A stretch of 64,000 bases of DNA from Fibrobacteria bacterium (GTDB taxonomy: Bacteria > Fibrobacterota > Chitinivibrionia > Chitinivibrionales > FEN-1185). Shown here piece by piece: positions 31,001-39,118 of this stretch. Position numbers and translations under genes: made by a program. How positions within the stretch are numbered: position 1 is the stretch's first letter; every line of letters begins with the position of its first letter. The notes below the pieces were generated by a model. It was not told where the DNA came from. It worked only from the letters and a program-made list of their open reading frames with translations, and did no database searches. The stretch spans positions 32,001 through 96,000 of the forward strand of contig JBBIGR010000008.1 in the NCBI GenBank assembly GCA_037447435.1, given 5' to 3'.

Positions 31001-31382
31001 GACTGATAGCAGCAGTAAAACGAATTCGGGCACCAGGACTACCGATCATGATAATAAACTCAATATTCGCTACGAAATAAGCAAAGCTAGTACGGGGAAG
31101 GATGAGTTCAAATTCCTTATGTGGACCATTCCAGTTAAGGGACGAGTAGAGACTGGGTTGGAAGGGGATTTTGCCACCAGTAAAGTTGAATCAAAAACTA
31201 CAGATCAGTCCGATTATAGTACTACAGCAGATTCCTGGACATTGCAAATATCGCCGCATGCCTCGTACGATTTTACCGAAAATATTACTGGAGAAGTTAA
31301 GTATACGGGTACAAGAAAAAAAGAGATTCCTCAGACAACGTCATCACATATTTTCTCTCTTTCGGTCACTATTCGATTTTAG
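25050..31382 (+). CDS. sprA: SprA/Sov-family giant outer-membrane beta-barrel protein (T9SS translocon-like)
   Basis: 2110 aa; signal peptide AIWA|Q; NFDQENQFSITGSVG; KIEYKGE..E..DEIVQEV.AG; GLFGIK...KLGPL; AYIDDFE; DVGLDGL.D; NGTEKN..LNSEDING; W.FYRIPL; VWTDEL; C-terminal beta-signal SVTIRF. Confidence 0.85.
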   Translation: MRFCSQQFKAACLIIASSMAIWAQSSIPFSSPTIGSFHALPEDPAPQSVLLAVNSMFLTCNTTLFEDRQIIDFEKREISFERYDKTYNIPIWQYRYEELDSYLESRRRFALLSGWYAGQTSVLAPVQEKKKAFTSLQWELPVEYPSWAQRILGKDPPKLSITGYEKIIVSYESNKIETGSNLDLPATGALNFDQENQFSITGSVGRLININIKGSTKEGVDAANDPLKNFKIEYKGEGNELEDEIVQEVVAGYTSFEMPGTQLSGFSESHEGLFGIKMNAKLGPLSLTGIASTEQGQSQTMSFSPTGAGESSTKISEKDFVPNKIFFLDSIYLQKYLGKRATVPKVAQLQVWLSNANMVNEAKPADNASKTNTNIYKKVGASLSWYKKLEEKRHYFLNQDEGWIRFDSTISESDLLGIYLVFSDTTYKTKGYNILDNPVAAKDTAIDTLWTLKFQDQNTSHPTFPLMWRNVYQLPNGFDQDKFKLRVTRSNADTGVEKTSDNKYFSNVLGLANDKGVPYTTNTQIFDNVHNIIVIPAFTSSDTSVRGNEPFSNPALGTDAVDKDIYHKTGANDFGLIIPKFQISMSGASRKTTFTLGFGSVMQGTEILKIDGKQLVRGTDYLIDYQTGQVDLISKEAMNANQISAEFQSEALFVAKQKVFFGLRGETKLPFSDKSILGMSILYQDASARENVPKLNQEPYSKLLLDVNSKVEFEPEWMTKAVNAIPLISTDAASALSIEVEVAHSSTNPNTSSGKDAYIDDFESSKEVYPMPFLESSWYTASPPPDDNNSPIDMLKNPPAWIQYWYAPLQGDGQPLKTDIFKQLPDVATQTDAEKYEPVLKLFAQPKPPQNNPYYDTTLHPWAGFMTSFPSNVANRSKDKFLEFWAKNNGGGRLTIDMGLVSEDISIDGGPPNGRPDLEDKNNIGYFDSLDVGLDGLTDADEYYVYPRKTATGTYYWDTLRYLKQDLTTKAYLTDPKTGRNIINDLLPIPGDPSKDNFQIYRLTPESDKQNFSHMNGTEKNHYLNSEDINGDGWHTTEAYYRRYIDFDSTNDAAFMSKNANNYRINDSVANADTSHGWHFYRIPLNDSLTGDCKINGSPSWSEIKFLRISWTKMKNDTQSVEFARMQFVGNQWQELSQDTLHKSKIAISTLNTEENKGFYTPPPTLVLQKDDRGNLERETSLKIDYNNILPGDIAIAKRSMSTNALNLSSYQNISLMVHGDSIHNDLWYVFRFGTDDSTYYECKTKFDMSNSWKEMSINLKELSDIKRKYIDDHTDTFVNTSAISSNGSGNVLSIRSPRGRTASFATITYMAMGVMRDSGGVGVNGYSGQVWTDELKVKGINPMEGFAGRAYLSTKWADFMNLSLGMDYEDGMFRRMTETDLALKSSSISTNFSVDWRLDKFMPADWGVSIPLGTRMQEKLIRPQIKPNSDIFLNTNGSPDGIMDMYAELVNMIGGRNVIGPKNTLSSHYQTATFSRNWHTAYEKKTASPNFFIDALFDRFSMTDLSYDYATNVTGRGPASFGGADRLDVDTTETYHTLLKYDLSPKLAPKWTKWKPFEDSKILWLPERIKGYEFNWLPTTFTVDMADLTYSREAKGLGLTGDKSETKKLGIDHRVNLLYDPINILNLSYNLTSSRNFDDDVQDLNLKDNFYYFMSKKVSQMNQAWHSFGVLYGERNRAQNLNVHFDPSFLDWLSHSFDYNTSYGQSKTTITNDTTDYLNLKSDATFKLTSTLNMANLFKNFSTGFSSMKALAETFNSIEKGIEKIALTSITFDYSAKASVANYYLDPATVEGTGADLGRSKWNFFLYQVGMSGRSGKNIWNIVTGDMDDYALGGMRFRGYNPNINGQDQRTSDKTYGITTNFALPEPIDLRITSIGLKWGNSYVITPDTTKIDRTTTFPDFSVQAQTGLLNKLQIVNRNANAVQVTSGFNYVRKQQERNTGTTPADLDIVTSKTYSMTPLFGVDGTLKQWPVNISYAHTWTIKTDSSSKTNSGTRTTDHDNKLNIRYEISKASTGKDEFKFLMWTIPVKGRVETGLEGDFATSKVESKTTDQSDYSTTADSWTLQISPHASYDFTENITGEVKYTGTRKKEIPQTTSSHIFSLSVTIRF

Positions 31383-31504
31383 CCAGGATTATCCTGTCTA
31401 AAATCGAAACGCCCTTATATATATTCATTTTATAATATATATCTTTAAGGATAAACGTCCTGCATGGGTGAGACCCCACGAATTGTTTGCAAGGAATAAA
31501 TTTC

Positions 31505-33043
31505 ATGGGAAAAAAGATTCTTTTTACTGCAACGCCCACTGAAAAACGGGCAGCGCTTCTTGATAATGAGCGGGTAGTTGAACTTGTTGTTGAACGTCCC
31601 GATAGCTTGAAAGTTGTCGGCAACATATATCGCGGAAAAATTGTTTCCATATTGCCTGGCTTACAGGCAGCGTTCGTAGATATAGGCCTCCAAAAGGCTG
31701 CGTTTTTGCATGCATCGGATGTTGATCCTTCCTTATTGCTTGACGAAGGAGATGCTTCGCTTGAACGTTACACAGAACAAAACAATAATAAGCGAAAACG
31801 CATTGTTCGTATTCCTATAGAAAAGGTTCTTGAAGAAGGACAGGAGATCCTTGTTCAGGTTATTAAAGAGCCTATAGGTACAAAGGGTGCGAAAGTTACG
31901 ACGCAAATCAGTTTGGCTGGAATGTTTCTCGTTTTGGTACCTGATGCAAATTTTATCGGAGTTTCTAAAAAAACCAGTGACGATAAGCGGCGCCAAAGGC
32001 TAAAAAAGCTCATTGCTTCATTAAAACCTCCCGGGGTTGGCTTCATTGTAAGAACCATTGGTCTTAAAGTTGCTGAACCAGAATTTGTTAAAGAAATTCA
32101 AAGCTTATGCTCCAAGTGGAGAAATGCCCAGGACGAGGCCTTACGCGGGGCTGCACCCAAATTGGTATACAGGGAAATGGGTATTACAACCAGGGTTATT
32201 CGCGATTTGTTTTCCGAGGATGTTACTGAAGTATATGTTGATCAAACCGATGATTTTGCGGAAATTCAGTCATATTTAAAGGTCATGTCGCCGGAACTGT
32301 GCCAAAAAATAGTATTATACAACGACAAGCCGCCTTTGTTCGATAAGTTCAATATTGAAAAAGATCTGGAGCTATCTCTAAAACGTAAAGTATGGCTTAA
32401 AAGCGGCGGCTATATTCTTTTCGATCATGCTGAAGCCTTGCTCGCCATAGATGTTAATACGGGAAGAAATGTCGGACGCAGCAATCTTGAAGATACGATT
32501 TTTAAAACCAACTTGGATGCTGCACATGAAATAGCTCGCCAGTTTCGCTTGCGCGACATCGGGGGCATTATTGTTATTGATTTTATAGATATGGAAAAAG
32601 CCGAGAATCGTAGGCGAATTGAAGACGAAATGCATAATCTCTTGAAAAAAGATCCGACCGTAACCGATTGCACTGGATTATCCAAGTTTGGTCTTATGGA
32701 AATCACCAGAAAACGTGTACGGCCCGAATTACAGGAATTGTTTACCGACGTTTGTAATGTTTGTAATGGAATTGGCTGGGTGTTTTCGCCGGCAACCGTT
32801 ACTTCCAGAATCGATCGATGGCTCAATCGCGCAGATGCGAAAGGTACACCGCGTGAGCTAGTTTTAGCAGTGAACCCTGCGGTAAAGGCCTATCTTACCA
32901 AAGAAAACAGCCAAATGCTTAAGAAGTTGGAAATTGAACATAATTTCCATCTCAGCGTCGTGGAGGATGAAGATATCGATCAGGATGATTATGAATTTTA
33001 TCCACAGGGCGAGAAAAAGGCCATCACGTCAAAATTCACGTGA
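31505..33043 (+). CDS. rng: Ribonuclease E/G family (short, RNase G-like)
   Basis: GNIYRGKIVSILPGLQAAFVDIG; VQVIKEPIGTKGA; AIDVNTG; LRDIGGIIVIDFIDM; CNVCNG Zn link; start at ATG 31505 after AAGGA. Confidence 0.93.
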   Translation: MGKKILFTATPTEKRAALLDNERVVELVVERPDSLKVVGNIYRGKIVSILPGLQAAFVDIGLQKAAFLHASDVDPSLLLDEGDASLERYTEQNNNKRKRIVRIPIEKVLEEGQEILVQVIKEPIGTKGAKVTTQISLAGMFLVLVPDANFIGVSKKTSDDKRRQRLKKLIASLKPPGVGFIVRTIGLKVAEPEFVKEIQSLCSKWRNAQDEALRGAAPKLVYREMGITTRVIRDLFSEDVTEVYVDQTDDFAEIQSYLKVMSPELCQKIVLYNDKPPLFDKFNIEKDLELSLKRKVWLKSGGYILFDHAEALLAIDVNTGRNVGRSNLEDTIFKTNLDAAHEIARQFRLRDIGGIIVIDFIDMEKAENRRRIEDEMHNLLKKDPTVTDCTGLSKFGLMEITRKRVRPELQELFTDVCNVCNGIGWVFSPATVTSRIDRWLNRADAKGTPRELVLAVNPAVKAYLTKENSQMLKKLEIEHNFHLSVVEDEDIDQDDYEFYPQGEKKAITSKFT

Positions 33044-33066
33044 AAAAAATACAATTTTTTAGGACC

Positions 33067-33096
33067 TTGACTCAAAATTCCGGTGGAATGTATATT
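33067..33096 (+). promoter_or_regulatory. Putative sigma70 promoter for rplU-rpmA
   Basis: TTGACT-N18-TATATT, about 35 nt upstream of the rplU start. Confidence 0.5.
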
Positions 33097-33132
33097 AAAC
33101 GTTTTGCCAATCAATAAAACCAGGAGTATGTG

Positions 33133-33444
33133 ATGTTTTCGATTGTTGAACAGGCCGGCTTTCAGTTCAAAGTGTCCCTTGGGGACAAGATTCGGGTCCC
33201 TCTTATGACTGCTGAAAAAGGAAGTGAAATTTCCTTGGATAAAGTCCTTTTTATCGGGGACGACAGTGGCGTAAAAGTGGGGACACCGTTGGTTTCAGGC
33301 GCAGTTGTCAAGGCCAAAGTTCTTGACCATGAAAAAGGCGACAAAGTCATTATCATGAAAAAGAAACGCCGTAAAACCTATAAACGTAGAACTGGTCACA
33401 GACAGAATTTTACTAAGATCGAAATCGTTTCGATTTCGGCATAA
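33133..33444 (+). CDS. rplU: 50S ribosomal protein L21
   Basis: MFSIVEQAGFQFKV...KKKRRKTYKRRTGHRQNFT; AGGAG RBS. Confidence 0.97.
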   Translation: MFSIVEQAGFQFKVSLGDKIRVPLMTAEKGSEISLDKVLFIGDDSGVKVGTPLVSGAVVKAKVLDHEKGDKVIIMKKKRRKTYKRRTGHRQNFTKIEIVSISA

Positions 33445-33483
33445 TCTTTTCACTGAAATAACAGGCAATCAAAGGAACTAGTA

Positions 33484-33738
33484 ATGGCTCATAAAAAAGG
33501 CGGCGGAAGCAGCACAAACGGACGCGATAGTAATCCACAATACCTTGGCGTAAAAAAATACGGCGGGGAACATGTGATTTCAGGAAACATCATTGTTCGT
33601 CAAAAAGGAACAGTTGTACATCCTGGTGTTAATGTGGCAAAAGGAAAAGACGATACACTTTTTGCAACAGCAGAAGGTGTTGTAAAGTTTTCACGGTTCA
33701 CAAAAAATAAGAAAAAAGTTAGCGTCGTACCAGCTTAA
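33484..33738 (+). CDS. rpmA: 50S ribosomal protein L27
   Basis: [34 protein letters not shown]. Confidence 0.98.
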   Translation: MAHKKGGGSSTNGRDSNPQYLGVKKYGGEHVISGNIIVRQKGTVVHPGVNVAKGKDDTLFATAEGVVKFSRFTKNKKKVSVVPA

Positions 33739-33756
33739 AATTCGAATAATAAAATG

Positions 33757-33791
33757 AAAAGGAGTAAGACTTATAGCCTTACTCCTTTTTT
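33757..33791. terminator. Bidirectional intrinsic terminator between rpmA and the convergent GT2
   Basis: AAAAGGAGTAAG-ACTTATAGC-CTTACTCCTTTT with T runs on both strands. Confidence 0.8.
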
Positions 33792-34737
33792 ATTTTTTTA
33801 GCTCTCTTAGTACTGAATCTCGATTTCTAACCCAAGAACGAACTAAACCTCTCAGGTGGTATTTATAATATGTTCGCAAACCAACTTTGTTTGCGAACAG
33901 CGATTTTAAAATCATTGCGGAAAAAAAAGAGGATAATAGGAAATTTAAAGCTATTTTTCCCAAAAAGGAATGATGCTTTTTAAAGTAATAATTCCAGCTT
34001 TGATAAAAAATTGTAGTCAAAGGTCCGCCGTCTGAGCCGCTGCTTCCACCGCGCAAATGCACAATCTTGGTTCCGGAAAAATATTCAATTGAATATCCTT
34101 TTTTCCTTGCGCGTTTAGCCAAATCCGTTTCTTCAAAGTACATGAAAAATGTTTCGTCGAGACCGCCGAGCAAGTCGTATAGGTCTTTTTTTAATAAAAA
34201 GAAAGCGCCGCAAGGAAAATCTATTGCCGTTATACCATCGCTTTCAGACGGTATAACAGCACGTAATTGATTGAAACGGTTTGTAAGAATTTCTTTGGTC
34301 AAAAGGGGCAGAGAGGGGAAAAAACCATAAGAAATATCCGGCCTTTTATCTTTATCAAGTAACATGCAGCCGCAACCGAAAAGCTTTGGGTTTTTGTCTA
34401 AATGTTCTACAGCCCGACAAAGAGAGTCGTCTAGGAGATAAGTGTCACTATTAAGAAGAAGGACGTTTTTGCCGGATGTACGATGGATTCCGATGTTGTT
34501 GGCACGAGCAAAGCCGACATTATCGTCAAGCAATATTGCTTGGACCCAGGATTTGTTTTCCTGAAACGATTGCAACCATTCCCGGCTTCCGTCATGAGAA
34601 TTATTATCAACTACAACGGTAATAAAATTCAATTTGCCGAGCAGATGTTTTTCAAGGCTTTCGACGCATTGCTTGAGTAAGTCAACAGTGTTAAAGCTGA
34701 CAATAATTATTGATAAATCGTAATATGCAGTAGCCAT
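33790..34737 (-). CDS. Glycosyltransferase family 2 (WbbL/rhamnosyltransferase-like)
   Basis: IIIVSFN; VVDNNS.DGS; NVGFARANN; LLLNSD; GAFFL; FFMYFEETDL. Confidence 0.88.
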   Translation of the reverse strand: MATAYYDLSIIIVSFNTVDLLKQCVESLEKHLLGKLNFITVVVDNNSHDGSREWLQSFQENKSWVQAILLDDNVGFARANNIGIHRTSGKNVLLLNSDTYLLDDSLCRAVEHLDKNPKLFGCGCMLLDKDKRPDISYGFFPSLPLLTKEILTNRFNQLRAVIPSESDGITAIDFPCGAFFLLKKDLYDLLGGLDETFFMYFEETDLAKRARKKGYSIEYFSGTKIVHLRGGSSGSDGGPLTTIFYQSWNYYFKKHHSFLGKIALNFLLSSFFSAMILKSLFANKVGLRTYYKYHLRGLVRSWVRNRDSVLRELKK

Positions 34738-34743
34738 AGTCGT

Positions 34744-36027
34744 TTAGGTAACCAATCTTATCCGTTTATGGGCGATTGCCATGATTAAAAAGTTTAAATA
34801 TGGAAACCAAAATTCCCAGAGCGGAACAGCGTAACTGAATATGATAAAGGGGGCAAGCAAGGCCCACATCGAAATGTTAAAAATAGTCGGATGATTTATC
34901 GTGTTAACATAAAAAATGGTCATGAGCATGCCAAACAAAAGCGGAAGGAAATAAACGCCGAAAACGCCAAAATCCTTGAAAAAATGCCAAGGGTAAGCAA
35001 TCGTATTTAATTTACTAACCATTTGTACCGATTCATTCATAATCGTATCGAATTTGTACCCGTGAACAATTACATTTTCCAATTGCGCAATCCATAAAAA
35101 CGGCCTGAATAAATCAAAACCCCAACCATGAGGCACCATTGCATTGCCTTCGATGAATTTTTTTATAGCAAAATCCATGTTCCAGAAATTACACACAACA
35201 TATGCATACATGTTGGAACACCATAGAAAATCCTTTGATATTTTAAGCTGCTGCATCTGCAAGACCATGCTTAATGAATTAGATTTTAGTCGCAACAAAT
35301 AAAATGCGAAAAATAAAACTAAAGATAGTCCGAAAGCAGTCAGGAGGTTGCCGGTAGACAGTTTTTTTCTGCCATAATGGAACAACATTATGCCAAAAAT
35401 TATAAAGCGAAATAAGTCGAACCTTGTTACTATCGAAATATATAGGGCCAAAGTAATTATTGAAATGATTATAACCGCAAGACGTCTACGATCTTTTAAA
35501 GAGCCAAAAAGCAACAATTCTAATGAAAGAACCAAAGAAAGGGGACCAAGAAACAAACCAATATTCGAAAATTGGTTGGCACTAAAAAACTTCATTCGAG
35601 ACCAGTCCGGGTCTTTCGTAAAAAGCGGAATTGTTCCGGTTATGAGAAAGGAAACCAGGTAACTTATAAAAAAGAATATGGAGCATAATAGTAACACATT
35701 AAAAAACCAATTCCAATCTGTTGCTTCGGCACTGCGCTTAACGCGGCTTTGAATCGAAATAAAATTTATGGCCGAAAAAGGATTTTTAATTCTATTGACA
35801 ATGATGATAATTGTGCTTCCCGCAATAAAGAAAAAAGAGGCCCCCCAAAAAAATAAATGGGTGGTAAGCGCCCAGGGGGTTTGCAGTCTACTTAAATGAA
35901 GGGAATTTATAGCGAGAAGTAATGCGTATATACAAATGTAAATTCTGGCAGGTGAAAATATGTCTTTATTGTAAAACGATGCCGTCAAAACCGTTGCTAA
36001 GATAATGAGACCAAATACAATCGTCAT
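34744..36027 (-). CDS. wzy: O-antigen polymerase (Wzy) family membrane protein
   Basis: About 11 TM segments; NTI...WHFFKDFGVFGV pattern; lies between wzz and a GT. Confidence 0.75.
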   Translation of the reverse strand: MTIVFGLIILATVLTASFYNKDIFSPARIYICIYALLLAINSLHLSRLQTPWALTTHLFFWGASFFFIAGSTIIIIVNRIKNPFSAINFISIQSRVKRSAEATDWNWFFNVLLLCSIFFFISYLVSFLITGTIPLFTKDPDWSRMKFFSANQFSNIGLFLGPLSLVLSLELLLFGSLKDRRRLAVIIISIITLALYISIVTRFDLFRFIIFGIMLFHYGRKKLSTGNLLTAFGLSLVLFFAFYLLRLKSNSLSMVLQMQQLKISKDFLWCSNMYAYVVCNFWNMDFAIKKFIEGNAMVPHGWGFDLFRPFLWIAQLENVIVHGYKFDTIMNESVQMVSKLNTIAYPWHFFKDFGVFGVYFLPLLFGMLMTIFYVNTINHPTIFNISMWALLAPFIIFSYAVPLWEFWFPYLNFLIMAIAHKRIRLVT

Positions 36028-36122
36028 ATTTTGCCTGTTGCTAACCCCGAGCCCATTGCAGCGGGATAAGTTGTAGCTGTAATTAAATCAACGCTATTTA
36101 CGAAAAAGAAATTATAACGATA

Positions 36123-37334
36123 CTATGCCGACGGCTTTTTAAAAGACAATAAAGTACGAATGCGCCTTGTTTTTTGGTACGACAAAGTATTGTTTTCAGC
36201 CTGGATTTTCCACCACTTGTCAAGAAGAATGTAGGTGGTTGTCGCTACGAATCCGCCAAAAAAGAAAAGCAGACAAATAATAGAACGTTTTGGTCTTGTC
36301 TTTTTTTGGGGATTTTTTGCGTATTCGAGGACCTGAACGGTCGGAACGTTATTGGCTTCGGACATTTTTGCTTGCTCAAATAATTGAACCACGAATTCGT
36401 AAAGTGTTTCCTGAAGTTTAAGTTTTCCCTTTAGCTCGGCATAGGTTATTGCTTTTTCCGGGGCATGCCGCAATCCAACTATCAAATTGCCGCCGCCTTG
36501 GTCCATATATCCGGCAATTTTATGATCCAAAACACTTTTTTCCTTTTCCAATTCAGCAACGCGTTGGTTGTTGCCGCCAAATTGACTTTTGAGCTGAGCT
36601 GCTTCCAAATCCATTCCTAGTTTCTGTCCTTCAAATTGGGCCACTTGCTCTATTGAAGAGCGGACCTGTTGTTCTAAGTCGATATATTTATTTTCAATTT
36701 GGAACCGGGCAAATGCGCGGCTCGCAGAATCAAGGTCTTGTTTAATTAGGGCAACCCGTTCTTCAAAAAAAAGCCTCGAATTTCGGGCGCTTTCTTTTGA
36801 AAGTTGATAGGTGATGGTGTCGAGCTCATCCACCATGAAATTAGCAATGTCTGCAGCCATAGCTGGACTGGAGTCCGTAACAGCAACTTCAATGTTGCCT
36901 AAATCGTTTTCTACGAGAGAAAAATTTCTATCAAAAGTCTTGAGAAGATCTTCTACATAATATTTTTTCCTTTTGCTGAACCCATATTTATGAACAAGAT
37001 CAAAACGATCGATGACTTTTTCAGCAAGCCTTCTGCTTTGCAAAATGCTCAAATAACTGTCGCCATCGCCACCGCCACCAAGAATATCCATCGATTTTAA
37101 CAGTCCGGACATCGGAAGGTCTTTGCCAATAAGGGAGCCGAGGCCTGTCATTTTTTTTGCGGGTTTCATGATTATTGCCGTTGCAGTGTAATCTTTGGGC
37201 AGTATAATGCTTACCACCACACCGAGAGTGCAAAATAAAAAAATACCAATTAGAAATACCCATTTTCGTTCGAGGACAATGATAATAAGGTCTAAAAGGC
37301 CGATTTTTTTAACATCTTTTGTGGGGTCTGACAT
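36123..37334 (-). CDS. wzz: Wzz/GNVR chain-length determinant (co-polymerase without kinase domain)
   Basis: IGLLDLIIIVLERK; LPKDYTATAII; coiled coil; VQVLEYAKNPQKKTRPKRSII + TM; start ATG 37334 after GGAG. Confidence 0.85.
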   Translation of the reverse strand: MSDPTKDVKKIGLLDLIIIVLERKWVFLIGIFLFCTLGVVVSIILPKDYTATAIIMKPAKKMTGLGSLIGKDLPMSGLLKSMDILGGGGDGDSYLSILQSRRLAEKVIDRFDLVHKYGFSKRKKYYVEDLLKTFDRNFSLVENDLGNIEVAVTDSSPAMAADIANFMVDELDTITYQLSKESARNSRLFFEERVALIKQDLDSASRAFARFQIENKYIDLEQQVRSSIEQVAQFEGQKLGMDLEAAQLKSQFGGNNQRVAELEKEKSVLDHKIAGYMDQGGGNLIVGLRHAPEKAITYAELKGKLKLQETLYEFVVQLFEQAKMSEANNVPTVQVLEYAKNPQKKTRPKRSIICLLFFFGGFVATTTYILLDKWWKIQAENNTLSYQKTRRIRTLLSFKKPSA

Positions 37335-37500
37335 TATGTCTCCGCTTTTGAAACTCAAGAATGAAAGAATCGAATTGAACTATTTTCTAAAATAATCCGT
37401 GCTGCGTAAAATTTTCGCTGAGATTATATCTACGTTGTTGGTGTAGATAATTTATATATAGACACTAAGACTATTTATAAATATAAAACTAGGCACAATC

Positions 37501-38307
37501 ATGACTTCAATGAAAATAACATTTCTTGGAACAGGAACATCCCATGGCGTTCCTTCTATTGACTGTATGTTGAACGACTATAGCGATTGTAGAAAAGGTG
37601 TATGTAAAGCATCGTTGAATGATCCGTTACACCAACGAACCCGGTCTTCAATTCTAATTGAAACAAACGGAAAGCATTTGCTTGTCGATGTTTCTTCAGA
37701 TTTCAGAGTTCAGGCCTTACGCGAGAAAATCCCCAAGTTGGACGCTGTTCTTATTACGCATTGCCATAGCGATCATATTAGTGGAATTCCCGACATTCGC
37801 TCGTATACAAAGTCTCCATTTGGGCCCTTGCCGTTTTATGGGTCATCGGAGAGCATGAATTATATACGAGCAGTTTATCCGTATATTTTTAATCCTAATG
37901 CGTTTTTGGGGGGTGGGATTCCCAATATTGTGCTAAACCCGGTTTCTGGGCTGTTTAATGTAGTTAATTTGCAAATTGAATGTTTGCCTGTCGAACATGG
38001 TGGATTAAAAGGAGCTTTAGGTTATAAAATCGGCAACGTAGCGTATATTTCCGATGTAAAAGAAATTTCATGTTCAATAATAGATTTGATAAAACATGTC
38101 GATGTCCTCATTTTAAATTGCTTGCGAGAAAATAAGGTTCATTCGAGCCATCTTACACTTGAGCAAAGCGTAGATATTGCACGCACGGTTAAGCCAAAAA
38201 AGTGTTTTTTTACTCATATGAGTCATGATATTGATTATCGTGTCGACATTGTAAAACTAGATCCTTGGATGTTTTTCGCCAACGATGGATTGAAAATTGA
38301 ATTATGA
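37501..38307 (+). CDS. Metallo-beta-lactamase-fold hydrolase (PhnP/LipB-like phosphodiesterase)
   Basis: FLGTGTSHGVP; RTRSS; THCHSDHISG; AYISD; HSSH; THMSH. Confidence 0.9.
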   Translation: MTSMKITFLGTGTSHGVPSIDCMLNDYSDCRKGVCKASLNDPLHQRTRSSILIETNGKHLLVDVSSDFRVQALREKIPKLDAVLITHCHSDHISGIPDIRSYTKSPFGPLPFYGSSESMNYIRAVYPYIFNPNAFLGGGIPNIVLNPVSGLFNVVNLQIECLPVEHGGLKGALGYKIGNVAYISDVKEISCSIIDLIKHVDVLILNCLRENKVHSSHLTLEQSVDIARTVKPKKCFFTHMSHDIDYRVDIVKLDPWMFFANDGLKIEL

Positions 38308-38402
38308 AATAATGTACCCTCAAATAACTATTCTTTAATTTGAAATTTAAAAAAGTATATTTTATGTGACCTGTAACCTTAAACCAGTAATCTGAGGTTG
38401 TT

Positions 38403-39074
38403 ATGCAATCATATAAAGAAGAATTCATTGCATTCATGGTTAGATCGCAAGTTCTTACTTTTGGTAGTTTTGTAACTAAAAGTGGCCGTAATACACCGTA
38501 TTTTATAAATACGGGAAACTATAAAACTGGTCGTCAAATCAAGATGCTTGGAGAATTTTATGCGAAAGCACTGCATGACACTCTTGGGAATGATTTTTCT
38601 GTCCTATTCGGGCCGGCTTATAAAGGAATTCCTCTTGCAGTAACCACCGCAATTGCGCTTGAAAATTTATTCGGACATGATATCAAGGTCAGTTATAATC
38701 GGAAAGAAGCTAAAGATCATGGTGAAGGAGGAACCTTGATAGGCCATAAGCCGGTTAAGGGCGACAAACTCGTGATTATCGATGATGTTATTACTGCAGG
38801 TACCTCGGTTCGAGAATCTGTCGAAATGTTATCCACTATTCCGGAGTTAAAATTCCGTGCGTTGGCCATTTCCGTCGACAGGATGGAGAAAGGACCTCAG
38901 GGAATATCGGCACTTGCTGAAGTCTCGCAAACATTTGGGATGAAAGCTATGTCTATTGTATCGTTAGATGATATAGTTGAATATTTATTAAATAAACCGA
39001 TAGATGGTAAGATTGTTTTAGATGATCGGACAATGAGAAGAATTGAAGAATATCGAGCAAAGTTTGGCGTTTAA
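38403..39074 (+). CDS. pyrE: Orotate phosphoribosyltransferase
   Basis: FVTKSGRNTPYF; FGPAYKGIP; NRKEAKDHGEGG; IIDDVITAGT. Confidence 0.97.
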   Translation: MQSYKEEFIAFMVRSQVLTFGSFVTKSGRNTPYFINTGNYKTGRQIKMLGEFYAKALHDTLGNDFSVLFGPAYKGIPLAVTTAIALENLFGHDIKVSYNRKEAKDHGEGGTLIGHKPVKGDKLVIIDDVITAGTSVRESVEMLSTIPELKFRALAISVDRMEKGPQGISALAEVSQTFGMKAMSIVSLDDIVEYLLNKPIDGKIVLDDRTMRRIEEYRAKFGV

Positions 39075-39118
39075 TAAGTTGCAATGGCAGAGCTATATAT
39101 GTTCGGAGTAAAAACAGG

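Noticed and set aside
33133..33738. Absence of prp (ysxB) between rplU and rpmA
   Set aside because: L27 starts MAHKK with no N-terminal extension, so this is the ordinary arrangement
37423..37451. Resemblance to a Cas12a direct repeat (TCTAC...GTAGAT)
   Set aside because: Single copy, no spacers, longer loop and no cas genes; treated as a palindrome only
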